This document shows, piece after piece, positions 42,471 through 55,292 of a stretch of DNA of 64,000 bases. The stretch comes from the human T2T-CHM13v2.0 reference genome, Homo sapiens: NCBI RefSeq assembly GCF_009914755.1, contig NC_060934.1; one strand, written 5' to 3'. Made by a program: the position numbers and the translations under genes. Positions within the stretch are counted from its first letter, which is position 1. Each line of letters opens with the position of its first letter. Under the pieces are notes generated by a model. It was not told the origin of the DNA. It saw only the letters and a list, made by a program, of their open reading frames with translations, and made no database searches.

Positions 42471-43740
42471 AAATGCTTCAGGACATTGGTATGGGCAAAG
42501 ATTGTTCCTAGGTAATACCTTAAAAGTGGCGAAACCTAAGCAAAAATGGACAAATGGGATCACATCAAGCTAAAAAAATTATACACAGCAAAGGAAACAA
42601 TTAACAAAGCAAAGAGACAACCAACCTACAGAATGAGAGAAAATATTTGCAAAATATCCATCTGATAAGAGATTAATAACCAGAATAGGTAAGGAACTCA
42701 AACCACTCAATGGCTAATAATAATAATGATAATAATAATAATAATCCAATGAGAAAAATATCTGAATAGACATTTCTCAAAAGAAGACATACAAATGGCC
42801 AACAGATATATGAAAAAAATGCTAAACGTCACTAATCATCAGAGAAATGCAAATCAAAATAATGCAATATCATCTAGCCACAGTTAAAATAGCTGTTATC
42901 AAGAAGACAAAAAATAGCATGCTTGCATAGATGTGAAGAAAGGGGAACATTCTTACACTGTTGGTGGGAATGTAAGTTACTACAGTCATTATGGAAAACA
43001 TCATGGCAGTTCCTCAAAAAACTAAAAATAGTACTGTATGACCCAGACATGCCACAGTTGGGTATCTACCCAAAAGAAAAGAAATTGGTATATCAAAGAG
43101 ATATCTGCACTCCCACATTTATTGCAGCACTATTCACAATAGCCAAGATATGAAATCAACCTGTGTCCATCAATGGATGCATGAAGAAACTGCCATGCAT
43201 ATACACAATGGAATATTGTTCAGCCTTTAAAAAGAAGAAAACCCTGCCATTTGCAAAAGAAAGGATAAGCCTAGAAGACATACTAAGTAAAATAAGCCAG
43301 TCACAGAAGGACAAATACTGCATGATGTCACTTACATAAGGCATCTAAGATAGTCAAACTCATAGAAACAGTAGAATGGCAGCTGCTAGGGGCTGGCGGT
43401 GGGGAAGAAATGGGGAATTGTTTTTCAAGGTATAAAGTTTCTGTTATGCAAGATGAGTAAGTTCTGGAGATCTGCTGTACAGCATAGTACCTATGGTTAA
43501 CAATACAGCATTGTGCATTTTAAAATACATTAAGAGGACAGAGTTCATGTTAAGTGTTCTTACAAAAAAAGTGACTTACAAAAAAGTACACAAATTTTTG
43601 GAGGTGATGAATATGTTTAGTTCCTTAGTTGTGGTGATGGTGTGTGCATATGTCCAAACTCATGAAGAGGTATACATGAAATGTGTGCAATTTTCTGTAT
43701 ATCAATTCTATCTCAATACAGCTAAAAAATAAAAATTTAA
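42470..43740 (+). mobile_element. L1MA/MB 3' fragment
   Basis: ORF2 C-terminal remnant (ORF 42923-43153, HCWWECKL), 3'UTR and A-tail. Confidence 0.9.
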
Positions 43741-45689
43741 GAAGTTAGAAGACAGAAAAATGGAAGGAGGTCAGGAAGGAATCAGGAAGCTGAGAGATTT
43801 AGAGTCCAGAGGGAAATGTTTGTTTCAAAAAGAGGAAGGGTATTTCACAGAAAAAGACACACTGGGGTAAGATAAGAGACATTCTCAGGAGAAGGGGAGA
43901 GAAGGTGAGAATGTCATTATAGGATGAAATTCTCAATAAATTATAAAGTGAATTCATCTGGTACGAGTTTGGGACGTGGGGGTGGGTTTGTGGACTGGGG
44001 AAAAAGAAGGAGATTGGGAACAGCTGTTGGATGCTAGCAAGGGATGAAGAGCTGGGCTGTGCATCAGCCTGGGGGGCTCATGGAGGTTGCCTGGCTTGTC
44101 AAGGAGCCAAGGCACACAGTTGCACAGCTTCCCCTCCATGTCGCACTGGCCAGGAGATAGAGGAAGGCAGGTGGTGCCTTATCCATGGTTGGTTCCTGAC
44201 AAGGCAGCCATAGAAAGGGGGACTCTGCAGGGGTTTGGTCTGTGTGTGAGGATAGAGCTGAAAATGGTTTCAGGAGGGACTTGCAGGATAAAAGAATGGG
44301 GTGTTCTTTATGGAAATAAAAAGCAGGTGAACCAGGCCTGGGGAGAGGTGGAAGGGGAGGCAGATTGTGGCCAATGACGGCAATGTCAGAGGGCTTGGCC
44401 TGGGAGCTGGTTTGATTCTTGAGGGATGAAGAAACCCAAGATGAGTATGTTTCTGTGTGTGGCTGAGAAGAGTGGAGTCAGAGGCCACCAGAGAGGGCCT
44501 GGGAGCAGGGTTTCAGCAGAGTCAGAGCATGGAGGTTGGCGTCGTCTCCCATTCTGGAGACAATGGCAGGGGGCAGAGAGAAGAGGGTGTTGAGAGTCTG
44601 GGCCTTCATCCTCTGAGAAGATGGAGCTTGGTGGGGGTGTGCTGTCAGTGAGTGGCATTATTTTCCAGTGATGTGGTGAACATACCACCGTGGAGTGGAC
44701 ACAGATAATGTGGTGGGGCTGTAGCACAGATAAGATGATTAGTAAGGAAATGGAGAGTCAAAACCACACGTTTCTTCTTGATATGATAAGTAAATACACA
44801 ACCTTGCAATTACCAGACAGTTTTTTTTTTAACAATCTGTTGCATATCTAGGCCAGTGCTTCTTTCTGAAGGGGATAACTTTAGTGGTGATAGAAGACAA
44901 AGATCACTGTCCTTAAAAACCTGGAAAGTAACTGCAGAGACATAAAGTAACTAGGAACCCTCTAGGTTTGCATTCAAAGCCTTCCATTCCGTGCTGAGGG
45001 CTCTGGGCCTCAGGCTTCTCATTTCAAAGATGGACATGGGAACTCCTGTGTTATCTGCGTTCTAGAGTGTGGCCAAGAACTGGGGTGAGGAGAGGAGGTG
45101 AAGGGGCGTCAGGCACACTCAGCCCCACCTGTACAGCAGTGTAAGCGTGCGCTGTAAGAGTGTGGCTGGGTTTCAGAAAAGGAAAGAGATGGGAAAGGCT
45201 GGGGTTACACAGGGAGAAGACTGAATAAGTGGTGTGAAGAGTCTGGGGCTGGTTCTTTAGGAGGAAATTCTGGTATGAACAGAGAACCATTATTGTCCTA
45301 GAAATGAGGAAATTGAGAGAGAACAGATCATCAGAGTCCACCTAATTAAGGCTGGGCTTAGTCACCCTAACAGGAAGTCTGGGAGCCTGATCATTGGCGG
45401 CATCCCCTGGACTCAGAAACTCAGCCGGTCCAGCCCAGGAAGGCTCTGCCAGGCCATGGAGGCCCAGCTAGTGCACGCTCAGGCATTCCACTGTGGGCCC
45501 ACACTCAGCCCTCAGCTATGGGTGGAAACACTACTCCCAAGGTCTGGCCCAGGGGCCTTGGCCAAGGCTGTAGACCCACGCTCCAGCCACGGCTTAAAGA
45601 TCTACATGTCACCCCATTTACAAGGTCTGCAATGAAAAAAAGGAAGGACACTTTTGGAGAAGGAAGAGTCTGGAAACAAAAAGAACGGG

Positions 45690-46340
45690 ATCATATTAAT
45701 TTTGTTATTCCTATGTAACAAATTACAAAGTTAGCAACTTAACTCATTTATCTCATGGTTCTGTAAGTCAGAGGTCCCGGTGGGCTCAACTGGGTTGTCC
45801 ACCCAGAATCCCACAAGTGAAATTGAGTTGTTGGTAGGACTGCATTCTTTTCTGGACAATTTGGGGGAAAAATTGTTTCCAAGCTCATTCAGATTGTGGG
45901 CAGAATTCACGTCCTTGTGGTTGTTGGACTGAGGTCCTCACTTTCTTGCTGGCTGATATCTAAGGACCACCCCAGCTCCTAGAGGCTCCTCTCAGGGCCT
46001 GGCCCCATGGCCCCTCCGTCTCAGGAGAGGAGAACCTCCCTAGTGTACAAGCCCCTTTAAGCATCAAATCTCTCTGACTACCTCATCTCCCACCACCAGA
46101 AAAAAAATGTTCTACTCTTAAAGGTCTCCTGTGATTAGGTTAGACCCAAGCAGAAAATATCTCCTTAAGGCCAACTGACTGACTAGTAACCTTCATAACA
46201 TTTGCAAAGTCTTTGCACGAAATAAGTAACATAATCTTGAGAGTGATAGATTTTCATACTCACATTTACTCACTCGAGGAAAATTATAAAAAAGACAAAA
46301 GTCATTAGGGGTCATCTAAGAATTCTACCCCTGCCGCAGG
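45690..46340 (-). mobile_element. MLT1-type MaLR LTR
   Basis: gtaacaaattac...tttatctcatggttctgtaagtcag...ccaagctcattcagattgtgggcagaattca. Confidence 0.75.
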
Positions 46341-46544
46341 GCTAGAGATGAAATGCAGCGAGGACAGCCCTGAAAGGAATTTCCTGGAGGGGGCTGTCCC
46401 TGGGGGGAAGGGGATTTCAGTTTGGGGGTCTTTTCAAGGCCTCTGTTCCTCCCCTAATAAGCTCTTCAGACTAATACAGTGAGAATCAGGGAGGCAGCCA
46501 TGGTTGGGAATCAAAAAGACTGTGGACTTGGAGATCATCTGAAC

Positions 46545-46985
46545 TGTGTTCATCACTTCTTGCTGTATCAGTTACTTAAAATTACCCTGAAACCTAGCGG
46601 TTTAGAAAAACACATTTATTTAGCTCATGACATTGTAGTGTGGGTCGGGCTTCATGGGGATGGTTCCCCGTGGCATCACCTGGGCAACTCAAGGTGGGGT
46701 GGAGGGTCCGCTTTCAAGATGGCACACCGCATGGCTGCCAGCAGGGGGCCAAGCCAGGTTCTTCTCCTTGGGCCACTTGGGCACCCTCGGAGAAGGATGA
46801 TTGGGTTCCAAGAGAACCCAGGTTTCTTACAGCCTGAGCCCAGAAACTGGCCCAGCATCATGTCCACAGTGTTTCTTTGGCCAAGCAGCCACAGAGCCTA
46901 GGCTCAAAGACAGGGCATAAACCCCACCCCTCAGTGGAAGGAAAGTCAAGGGATTCTGGGGCCACGTTTAAGACTGCCACCCTTG
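46545..46985 (-). mobile_element. MLT1-type MaLR LTR
   Basis: ttaccctgaaacctagcggtttag...tttatttagctcatga...ttcaagatggc. Confidence 0.65.
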
Positions 46986-47720
46986 CTGTGTGACCTTGCC
47001 AAAAACTCTTGAGCCTTAGAGTCTGACTTTCGTCATCTAGAAAGTAGGAAGAACATCTTATCAGGGTTGCTGTTAGGGTGGCTCATGCGAGAATCCTGGT
47101 TTTAGAGCTTCGAAGGTGGAGGGGTCTCAGAGGTGAGGTCTTTGTACTTTCCCAGAGCAGGGGGCTGCTGTGCCTGACGGGAGGGAGAGCAGGAGAAGAG
47201 GGGCTTGGCCAGCCTCCCCTGGGAGACAGCAGCTCTGAAACTCCTCCCAGGGCCCACTCCCAGGAGTCAGGGTCCTGGGATCCACGCCATGGGACTGCAG
47301 ATGGAGCTCACTGGGCTAGCCTGGGCAGCAGCCAGCGTTGTTGGGGTGGGAGGCTGCCTCTTGCCCCTTAGGAAGATGGAAGGAGTGTTAGGAGGTGCCT
47401 GGAGTGAGGCTAGGGAATCAGGAGCTGGCTAGGTGTGTCTCCCATAGATGTGGGTGGTGGCTAGGTGCCTCTTCCTGGACTCACTGTGCCAAAGGCAGGG
47501 CATCAGCTTTCCATCGGGGCTGTCAGCCCTGGCCTAGGGAGCACCCGCAGACTGTCTGAGTGCAGGTGCCCTGGCCTGTCCTGGAGAAGGGCCTGTTCCC
47601 ACCAGGGAGGTCAGAGATCAACGAGCTTCTGTGGCTGGGAGTGATGGCCACACTCCAGCCCGGCATGGACGGAGCAAGCCCGAGCTGATGCCATCAGATC
47701 TGCTCTCCAGCCCTGCTGCT

Positions 47721-47766
47721 GGCGACCTCCTTCTCCAGCTGCCGGCGACCTCCTTCTCCAGCTGCC
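47721..47766 (+). repeat. Perfect 23-bp tandem duplication
   Basis: ggcgacctccttctccagctgcc x2. Confidence 0.95.
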
Positions 47767-48009
47767 GTGGCTGGCAAGGGGGTGCTGTTTGTCAGACCCC
47801 AGCTGTGGGACGGAGCCTGACTTGGAGTTTTTCATCACATGAGGCTGGGTGAGCAGGATCCAAGCCTGCCTCTGAGTGTGGACAGGAAAAAGGGAACTTT
47901 TGTTGAGTCTCTCTTTGGTCCCAAGCACCGTGTTAAGCAAGCATGACCTGTGACCCAATCCCTACTTTATAGCAGGGAGTGTGGGGCTCAGAAGGGGACA
48001 GAAAAGGTC

Positions 48010-48500
48010 CATTGAGTTAGTTCTCTGTGGCGGTGTGACAAACTGCCCTCCCTTTGGTGGCTTCCAACAACAGTTATCCTCGCACGGTTCCTATGGGGCA
48101 GGGATTGGGGTGGCTTCGCTGGGTCTTCTGCCTCAGGGCGTCCCACACGCTCTCTTCACTCGGAGGCTCTGCTTCCAAGCACACTCAGGCAGTTGCTGGC
48201 AGATCACTTGCTGACTGTTGGCTGAGGCCAGGCTCAGTTCTCTGCTGCGTGGTCCTCTCCAGGCCACAGCCTGGCCACCGGCTTTCCCTGAAACAGGCAA
48301 GGGAGCAGGCAGGAGGCACCCAGGGCAGAACCCGAGGTTTTTTTTTTGTAATCTAATCTTGGAAGTGGTGGCCGATGACTTCTGCCTTGTTCTGTTCATT
48401 AGAAACAAGGCACCAGGAGCAGCCTGCAGTCCAGGCACGGGTTCCACAGGAACACACCCAGGACATCTGGTGCAGAGCAGGGGTTTAACCACACTCTGAG
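48010..48500 (-). mobile_element. MLT1-type MaLR LTR
   Basis: ttatcctcgcacggttcct...ttttgtaatctaatcttggaagtg...cttctgccttgttctgttcattagaa. Confidence 0.65.
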
Positions 48501-48521
48501 CGCCTGTTGGTGCCGCGAACC

Positions 48522-49517
48522 CCACTCACCACAAACACACTCATACCACACACACCACACATTACACACCACACACCACACATTACACACACCACCATGT
48601 ACAGCACACCACACACATACACACCATACACTCCACACACCCCACACCACACACTCCACCAACACACCACATACTCCAAACAACACATGACATGCACCAC
48701 ACACATCACACACCACACATTACACACACCAGGCATGCACAGCACACCACACACATACACCACACACTCCACACCCACCACACACACACCACATGCACGC
48801 CACACACATGCATACCACACACCACACATACCACACATTACACACACATCACATACACCACACCACACACACACCACATACTTGCCACACACACCACACA
48901 TTACACCCACCACACCCACCACACACATGCACACCACAACACACACATACATCACACACACCACACACATGCACACCACACACTACCCACAGTCCGCATA
49001 CACACATCACACCACACACATCACACATTACACACACTCACACATGCACGGCACACCACATATAACACACACATCTCACCACACATCACACATACCATGT
49101 ACATGTACACACCATGCCATACACACCATGCACACATACACATCATGCCATACACACCATGCACACTTCACACTCCACACACTCCACACACCACACACAC
49201 TCCACACCACAAACACCACATATTACACACACCACACATGCACACCACACCACACACACCGCACATATACCACAAACACACACCACACATTCATTCCACA
49301 AGTACTCCACACTCCACACACACACACCACACACACTATACCACACACTATACCACACACATCACACACACCACACACACTACACACCACACACACACAT
49401 CACACCATACATCACCACACACAATCACACCATACATCACCACACACACCACATATACACACACAACCACACACACACATTTGTGCACACACAAACCACA
49501 CAGTCACACACACACAC
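48522..49517 (+). repeat. ~1 kb degenerate CA-rich low-complexity tract (cacac/caccacacac/cattacacac units)
   Basis: Direct reading; the + strand is almost devoid of G. Confidence 0.97.
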
Positions 49518-50120
49518 CGTTGCTGGGAGGAGAAGGAGGAGGAGGACAGCATAGGTTAGACAATGGCTGCTGAGAATGCAGGTTCTGCTGTCACTTAGAA
49601 AATCATCTCGGGACCCTAAATAGAATTATGAGTCAAGTTGATTCCATTTCAAATAAAATCTAGTTCAAGAAGGAAGTTAAAGGATCCAGAAAAACCCTTT
49701 TTTATGAAGGAATAGTTTGTGGAGCTTGTAGGAACCAGGCCGTACAGCTGCACAGCCTGGGGCTTGCAGTCTTGTGTTCTCTGGGTGGGCTTGGGCAAGC
49801 TCTTAACCTTTCAGTGCTACGGTGACACCTCCCTCATGGCTTGGAGCCTGGCATGCACTATCATGCCCTTAGCAAATGTGACCTCACCCCCTTTCCATTT
49901 CAGACTACCTGGCTGTCCTCACACAATCCCCAAATTGGCTTTTGGAAAGAGGAAGGATGCATGGTTTTATGGCTGCTGATGCTCAGCTCCAAGATAGGAT
50001 CCAAGGGGTAAGAAGCTAGAAGACGTTTGTGTGCGGGTGAAGGTGTGGGTAGGGGCCTGAGGTGTGTGTTCACAGCTCTGTGCATGTGTATGTGCGCGTG
50101 TGTGAGGACAATCAATACCC

Positions 50121-50158
50121 TGAGTCATGGCACTATGCATGCCCACTAGGTGGCGTTG
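50121..50158 (+). promoter_or_regulatory. Candidate CTCF site with adjacent AP-1 site
   Basis: CCACTAGGTGGCG at 50143-50155; TGAGTCA at 50121-50127. Confidence 0.6.
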
Positions 50159-53100
50159 CCCACCTGCGCGGCAATCAGGACCCTGCCAGAGGCAGGTACT
50201 GGGAAGCAGGATCCCCTGACTCCCCAACTCACACGCTCAGCTGCTGAACCTGTGTCTCCTCCTCTGTTCTGGGTCAGAAGTTCATGGCTAACAGATGAGC
50301 CCCAGCTGGAAACCTCTGCCATCAGACCCACAACCTATTTGAGCATGGACTTAATATTATGCCTGACTCCCACTTCCCAGCACTGCACTTGTTAATTTCA
50401 GGGAGGAAAGGAAGGCTTCATCTGCTGCATGCAAAGCACTTGACACACATTATTGCTTTGGATCTTCACAACCACCTGTCAAGTGACAACACTGAAGCTC
50501 AGAGAGGTTAAGCACCTGCCCAGGGTCACACAGCAGGGAGGTGGAGCGAGCCAGGCCTAACTCCACAGCCTCTCACTTGCATAGCCTGCTGCCTGTGCCC
50601 TGCTCTCAGAGGCAGTCTGGTGGAGGAGGGTGTGTTGGGAACAGAGCAGGGAACGTGTGAGGGCCTCAGGACCAGAGACAGAGAGAAGACTGAAGCCAGA
50701 TGGGGTGGGGCTTCTGCAGTCGGGGGCCTTTGCTCCCTCCCCTGTGTGGTGCGGCAGGGTGGCTGTAGGACTTTGCTAGCCCAGACCTGTGTGAACAGGG
50801 GCTCATCCGACCCTGTCCACATGAGGCTGTAGCCTGGTAGCCCACAGATGCACAGTCAGTGGCTGTGCCTTTCTTAGAGGCTGGTGCTTGTTGGGTGGCC
50901 AGAGCCTCCACCAGGCCCCATCCTCAGCTCTTTACTCATCCTTCCTGGCCCTTGCAGGAATCCAAGTCTGTGGTCTTTGGACAGGATGGACTCTGGGCCC
51001 CACCTCCTCTGGGATGACTCCCAGAAGCCTGGGAGAGAGGAGTCCAGGCTGGGTGGAGGCCTGTGAGCTCCAGTCACCCTTAGCTTCCTGAAGAGGGGCA
51101 CGGAGGTCTGTCTGCCACTCTGGCCCCTCCTGGGGATGACAACTGCTACAGCTGGATAGGATCAAGTGCCCACAGGTGCTCCAGCGCTGACGGCAGATTC
51201 CCTGCAGGATCATGAGGCAGAGACCCCATCTGCCCTCTGCCTCCCTGCAGGAAATACTACAGAGAGCCAGAGCTACACTATTGCCTGCAAATGTCATCGA
51301 CCCCCAAGGCCACCTCCGGTCACTGTGCCCATCTCCACATGGTTCTGCAGGGCAGCGTGGGTGGTGCATTCACTCAGGGTCCCTGGCCCCATCCAACCTG
51401 GTTTAATCCCAGCTCTGCCCCCAGCTGTGTGAGCCTAGGGTACTAACCCTCCTCGAGCCTGTTTCATCTTCTGTAAAATAGGGTTCATGAGAGTGACCGC
51501 CTCCCCTCCCGTGAAGAAGGTGAGGATTTGACAGGATTGGACCTGCAACCAGCACATACTGGCTCTGGCCTCCCTGACCCCTCACTCCCAGGGCCCAGCC
51601 CCTGTGACCTGAGCTCCTCATGGGGTCCAGCTGCCTCCATCCACACACATGAAGAAGGTCAGGGCCTCCCACTCACCATTCCCTTCTTGGAGTTCCCAGC
51701 GGGACTCTGCCGGAAGCCAGGAGCCCGGCCACTGCCCCTGAGTGCACAACCAGGCCTCACAGCAGTTTCCAGGACGGGCTGCTGCCCTGGGCCCTTGGGC
51801 TCTGGGGGGCGCTCGCCCACAAGGTGTTGGTGGGTGGAGAAAGTGGGGAGTTGGGCTCCTGGGCTATCCAGTGAGCCCTCTGCCCAGCCTTGGGCCTTCC
51901 TTCTGAGTACCCCACAGGGACCGGAGTGAGGATGTCAACTTGGATAGGAGGGGTGGGGAGGGGGAGGGCAGAGGGGATTCCTGCACTGAATGCCCACTGG
52001 TGCCAGTGGAAGCTGGGCGCCAGGCAGACAAGGGTCCCATCTCCTCGAAGCTTCACCCCACCAGAGGAGGGGGTCACTCATGGCCTCTTTCTTTGCAGAG
52101 AAGGGAATGGTGGCCACCCAGGGGTCATGGGGCTGGTCAGAAGCTGCCAGCCTGATGCCACACCTGCCAGGTTCTCCCCATCGACTGCGTCAGTACCCCA
52201 ACACACTTGTGTTCACATTTTGAGGGTGTTCTGCCAAGGTGAGGCATGCCAGAGCCCTAGGAAGAAGCCAGGAGCCTCCCAGCCTCAGATGGAGCTTCAG
52301 ATGCAGAGGTATTGGAGTGGGAAGGGAAGCACTTGGGGGGTTTGATGGGGCCCAGTGGGACAGGCTTGTCGCCCTGCACTTCTGGAAGCCTCCACAGTTG
52401 GCTAATCAGAAGAGCATGGCACAAGTCTCCACAAGCCAGGCAACCCGGATCCTGAGGCCAATGGGGAAGGGATAACCAGTGCCCACCCCAGCCAGGGCGT
52501 GGCAGAGGGGTGCACGGACCTGTGGGCCATGTGCTTCACAGGGCAGCCTCGCCCAGTCCTTGGAGAAGCCTGCTGGTGCGGCTGTCTTAGTCCCAACAAG
52601 GAACAGCACAGTGAGAGCGTTACAGATGCTGCCAGGCTTGCACCACCAATGTTTCATGGGATTGGCTTTTCTTTCCTGGGAAGCTGTGCCCTGGGGAGAG
52701 GGAGAGAGCCAGGGGTGGGAGGTCAGGGACAGGGCTGTACAGGAGACTTCTCCATCACAGCCCCAGCATGCCCTCCCCAGCAGCCATGGCATGGCTAGCC
52801 CCAAATCTGTGCCTCTTGCCCTGACTTCTGAGTTTCAGACATAGGTGTCCTCATGTCTGATGGCTACCCCTGCCCAGGCTCCCGTGTCCTCATCTTCAGC
52901 ACGTCTGCAATGAAGCTGCCACTCCACACTCTTTCCTGCCCCCCTACCCTGCATCCACAAGGTCTCTCACAGCCCAGACAGAAGCCTGAAGCCCTTGCTC
53001 TGCCTACCCAGCCGGCTGGTCACCAAGTTAGTCCTGCTCTTAGGTCTCAGACACATGGAGGCTCCCCTTAACCCACCTGCTTCAGGCCCCCCCAGTTCCA

Positions 53101-53464
53101 TTCAAGGACTATTTAGTGAGAGCTTTCCCAAGGCTGTACACTGTGATCCCCTGTATGACTCTCCACGTGGACAGCAAAACAGCCTTTCTTCATGGGCGCC
53201 ACCCCTGCCCCACTCTCCTGTCACTTAGAAGATCGGGCAGGGTGCCCTAACACCACTCTCGGGGCCCCCACCTGCCTCTGCAGCCCCCCACCCAGCATCC
53301 CAGCAGCCTGGTGGCAGTATGGGAGCAGCATGACTCGGGGCAGGGTCTCCTCCTTTGGGTCTAGACACCTTCGGCAGTGGGAGGAGGAGTGGGGCCTGCA
53401 GACCGAGAGTGGTACCCTCACCCAGTAACCCTATGGGGTCACTCAGGAGAGAGGGGAGAGAAAA

Positions 53465-53705
53465 TGGATGGAATGTTTATGTCCCCCCAAATTCGTATGC
53501 CGAAATCTTAATCCCCAGGGTAATGGGATTAGGATTGGGGCCTTTGGGAGGTGATTTAGGTCATGAAGGTGGAGCCCGCTGGAATGGGTTTAGTGCCTTA
53601 TAAAAGGGACCCCCAGAATATTTCTTACCCACTTTCTGCCACATGAAAATGCTGAGAGAAGCCAGTGGTCTGTATCCCAGAGGAGGGCCCTCACCAGAGT
53701 TCTCC
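53465..53705 (+). mobile_element. MLT1A/MST-like LTR, 5' part
   Basis: gaatgtttatgtccccccaaattcgtatg...ggcctttgggaggtgatttaggtcatga. Confidence 0.8.
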
Positions 53706-53709
53706 ACAC

Positions 53710-54300
53710 CTGAGTGGGATAAGGCAGGGAAGGGCATCAGAGAACCCAAGCACTTGATTACAGGACGGATGCTTTCGGCCCTGCCCACCTCTGACCTCCA
53801 GGGAGGCACAGGGGCTGAAGATTGCGTTCCGTCACATGGCCAGCGATTGCATCCATTATGTCTGTGTAATGAAACCCCAACAAAGCCCCTGGAACGGGCG
53901 GCTCAGGGAGCTTTCTGATGCTGAAACACATGGGTGTGCTGGAAGGGGAGCCCGGAGGGCATGGGCCCTGCCCCAGATCTGGCCCCAAGGACCTCTTCAT
54001 GTGGCCATCTATCTGTAGCCTTTATCATAAACTGTAATAGTAGGGACAGCTCTTTTCTGAGTTTTGTGAGTTGTTCTAGCAAATTATCAAGGGGGCGGTC
54101 TGTGGGAGCCCCCAAATGTGTACTCTGCCAGGCAGAAGTGCAGGTGGCCTGGGGCCCCTGAGATTTGTGGCTGGCATCTTGAAGTGGGTGCAGTCTTGCA
54201 GGGCAGAGTCCCTAGCTTGTGGGGTCTGTGCTAGCTCCAGGCAGTTGTGTTAGAAATGAATTGAATTGTGGGTCCCCGGTTGGTGTCAAGAGAATTGTCA
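53710..54300 (+). mobile_element. MER21-like LTR
   Basis: gtaatgaaacccca...ctgagttttgtgagttgttctagcaaattatcaa...gaattgaattgtggg. Confidence 0.78.
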
Positions 54301-54895
54301 CCCACCCCTTCTCTTAGCTCACCTCCTTCCTTCTCCGCTCCATGGCAGCATCTCCAGCTATAGGTGTGTAGTTCAGGTCCCACCCAGAGGCAAGGTGGCT
54401 TCCAGATCCTCACGGAAGAAGCAGGAAATTAAAGGGAAGCACACCCCTCTGGGGGTAGGAGGCAGGACCGCCTTGGGGAGAGGGCTAATGCTCAGGCCAG
54501 AGAGAAAAGGGCTGTATGGCACCGAAGGTCAGCTCCAGGTAACAGCCCCACAGCCTCTGTGCAGCCCCAGGGGAATAGGCCGTGCCTGGGGGATGGGGCC
54601 CAAAGTGCTGCCGTCTGGGGCTCAGTCAAGTGAGGATTGCCTGGAAACCTGGCTCAAGCCCCTCTTTCTCAGTGAGCACATCTGCATTTCAAGCAGTTCA
54701 CCCTGTGGGGATGGGAAGCCAGGGTGGGATTGAGATGCCCAGGGCAGACAGAGCTGAAGGGCCCTCTCCAGGGGGAAGACAGAGCAGGCAATGGGCACAG
54801 GCCTCAGGGACACCCCTGAACCCCTTCATGAGGCACGCTAAGCTTAGTTCCTCACCCAGCAGAGAGGCCCGCATTGGCCAGGGCTCTGGAGAGTC

Positions 54896-55292
54896 TGTCT
54901 TAGTCGGCTTGAGCTTCAGAAACAAAGAATCACAGACTAGGGGGCTTAACTACAGAAAGTCGTTTTCCCACGGTTTCCCATATAGTTCCCACAGGGCTAG
55001 AAGTCCAAGATCAGGGTGTCGGCAGGGCTGGGTTCTCCTGAGGCCTCTCTCCCTGCCTTGCAGACGCCGCCTTCTGCCATGTCCTCACATGGTCCTCCCT
55101 CTGAGTGTCTGTGTCCTTGTCTCCTCTTCTTACACAGACACCAGTCATACTGGATTAGGGCCCATCCTAATGATTTCATTTTAACTCAGTCATGTCTTTA
55201 AAGACTCTATCTTCAAATACAGTCACATTCAGAGGTACTGGGGGTTGAGACTTCAACATCTGAATTTTTCGTTAACACAGTTTAGCCCCAAG
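54896..55292 (-). mobile_element. MLT1B-like LTR
   Basis: ggctagaagtccaagatcagggtgtcggcaggg...caccagtcatactggattagggcccatcctaatga. Confidence 0.85.

Noticed and set aside
48485-49573. Long His/Thr/Pro-rich (350 aa, 293 aa) and Cys/Val-rich ORFs
   Set aside because: Artefacts of the CA-rich tract: its composition almost excludes stop codons, and several frames on both strands are open at once.
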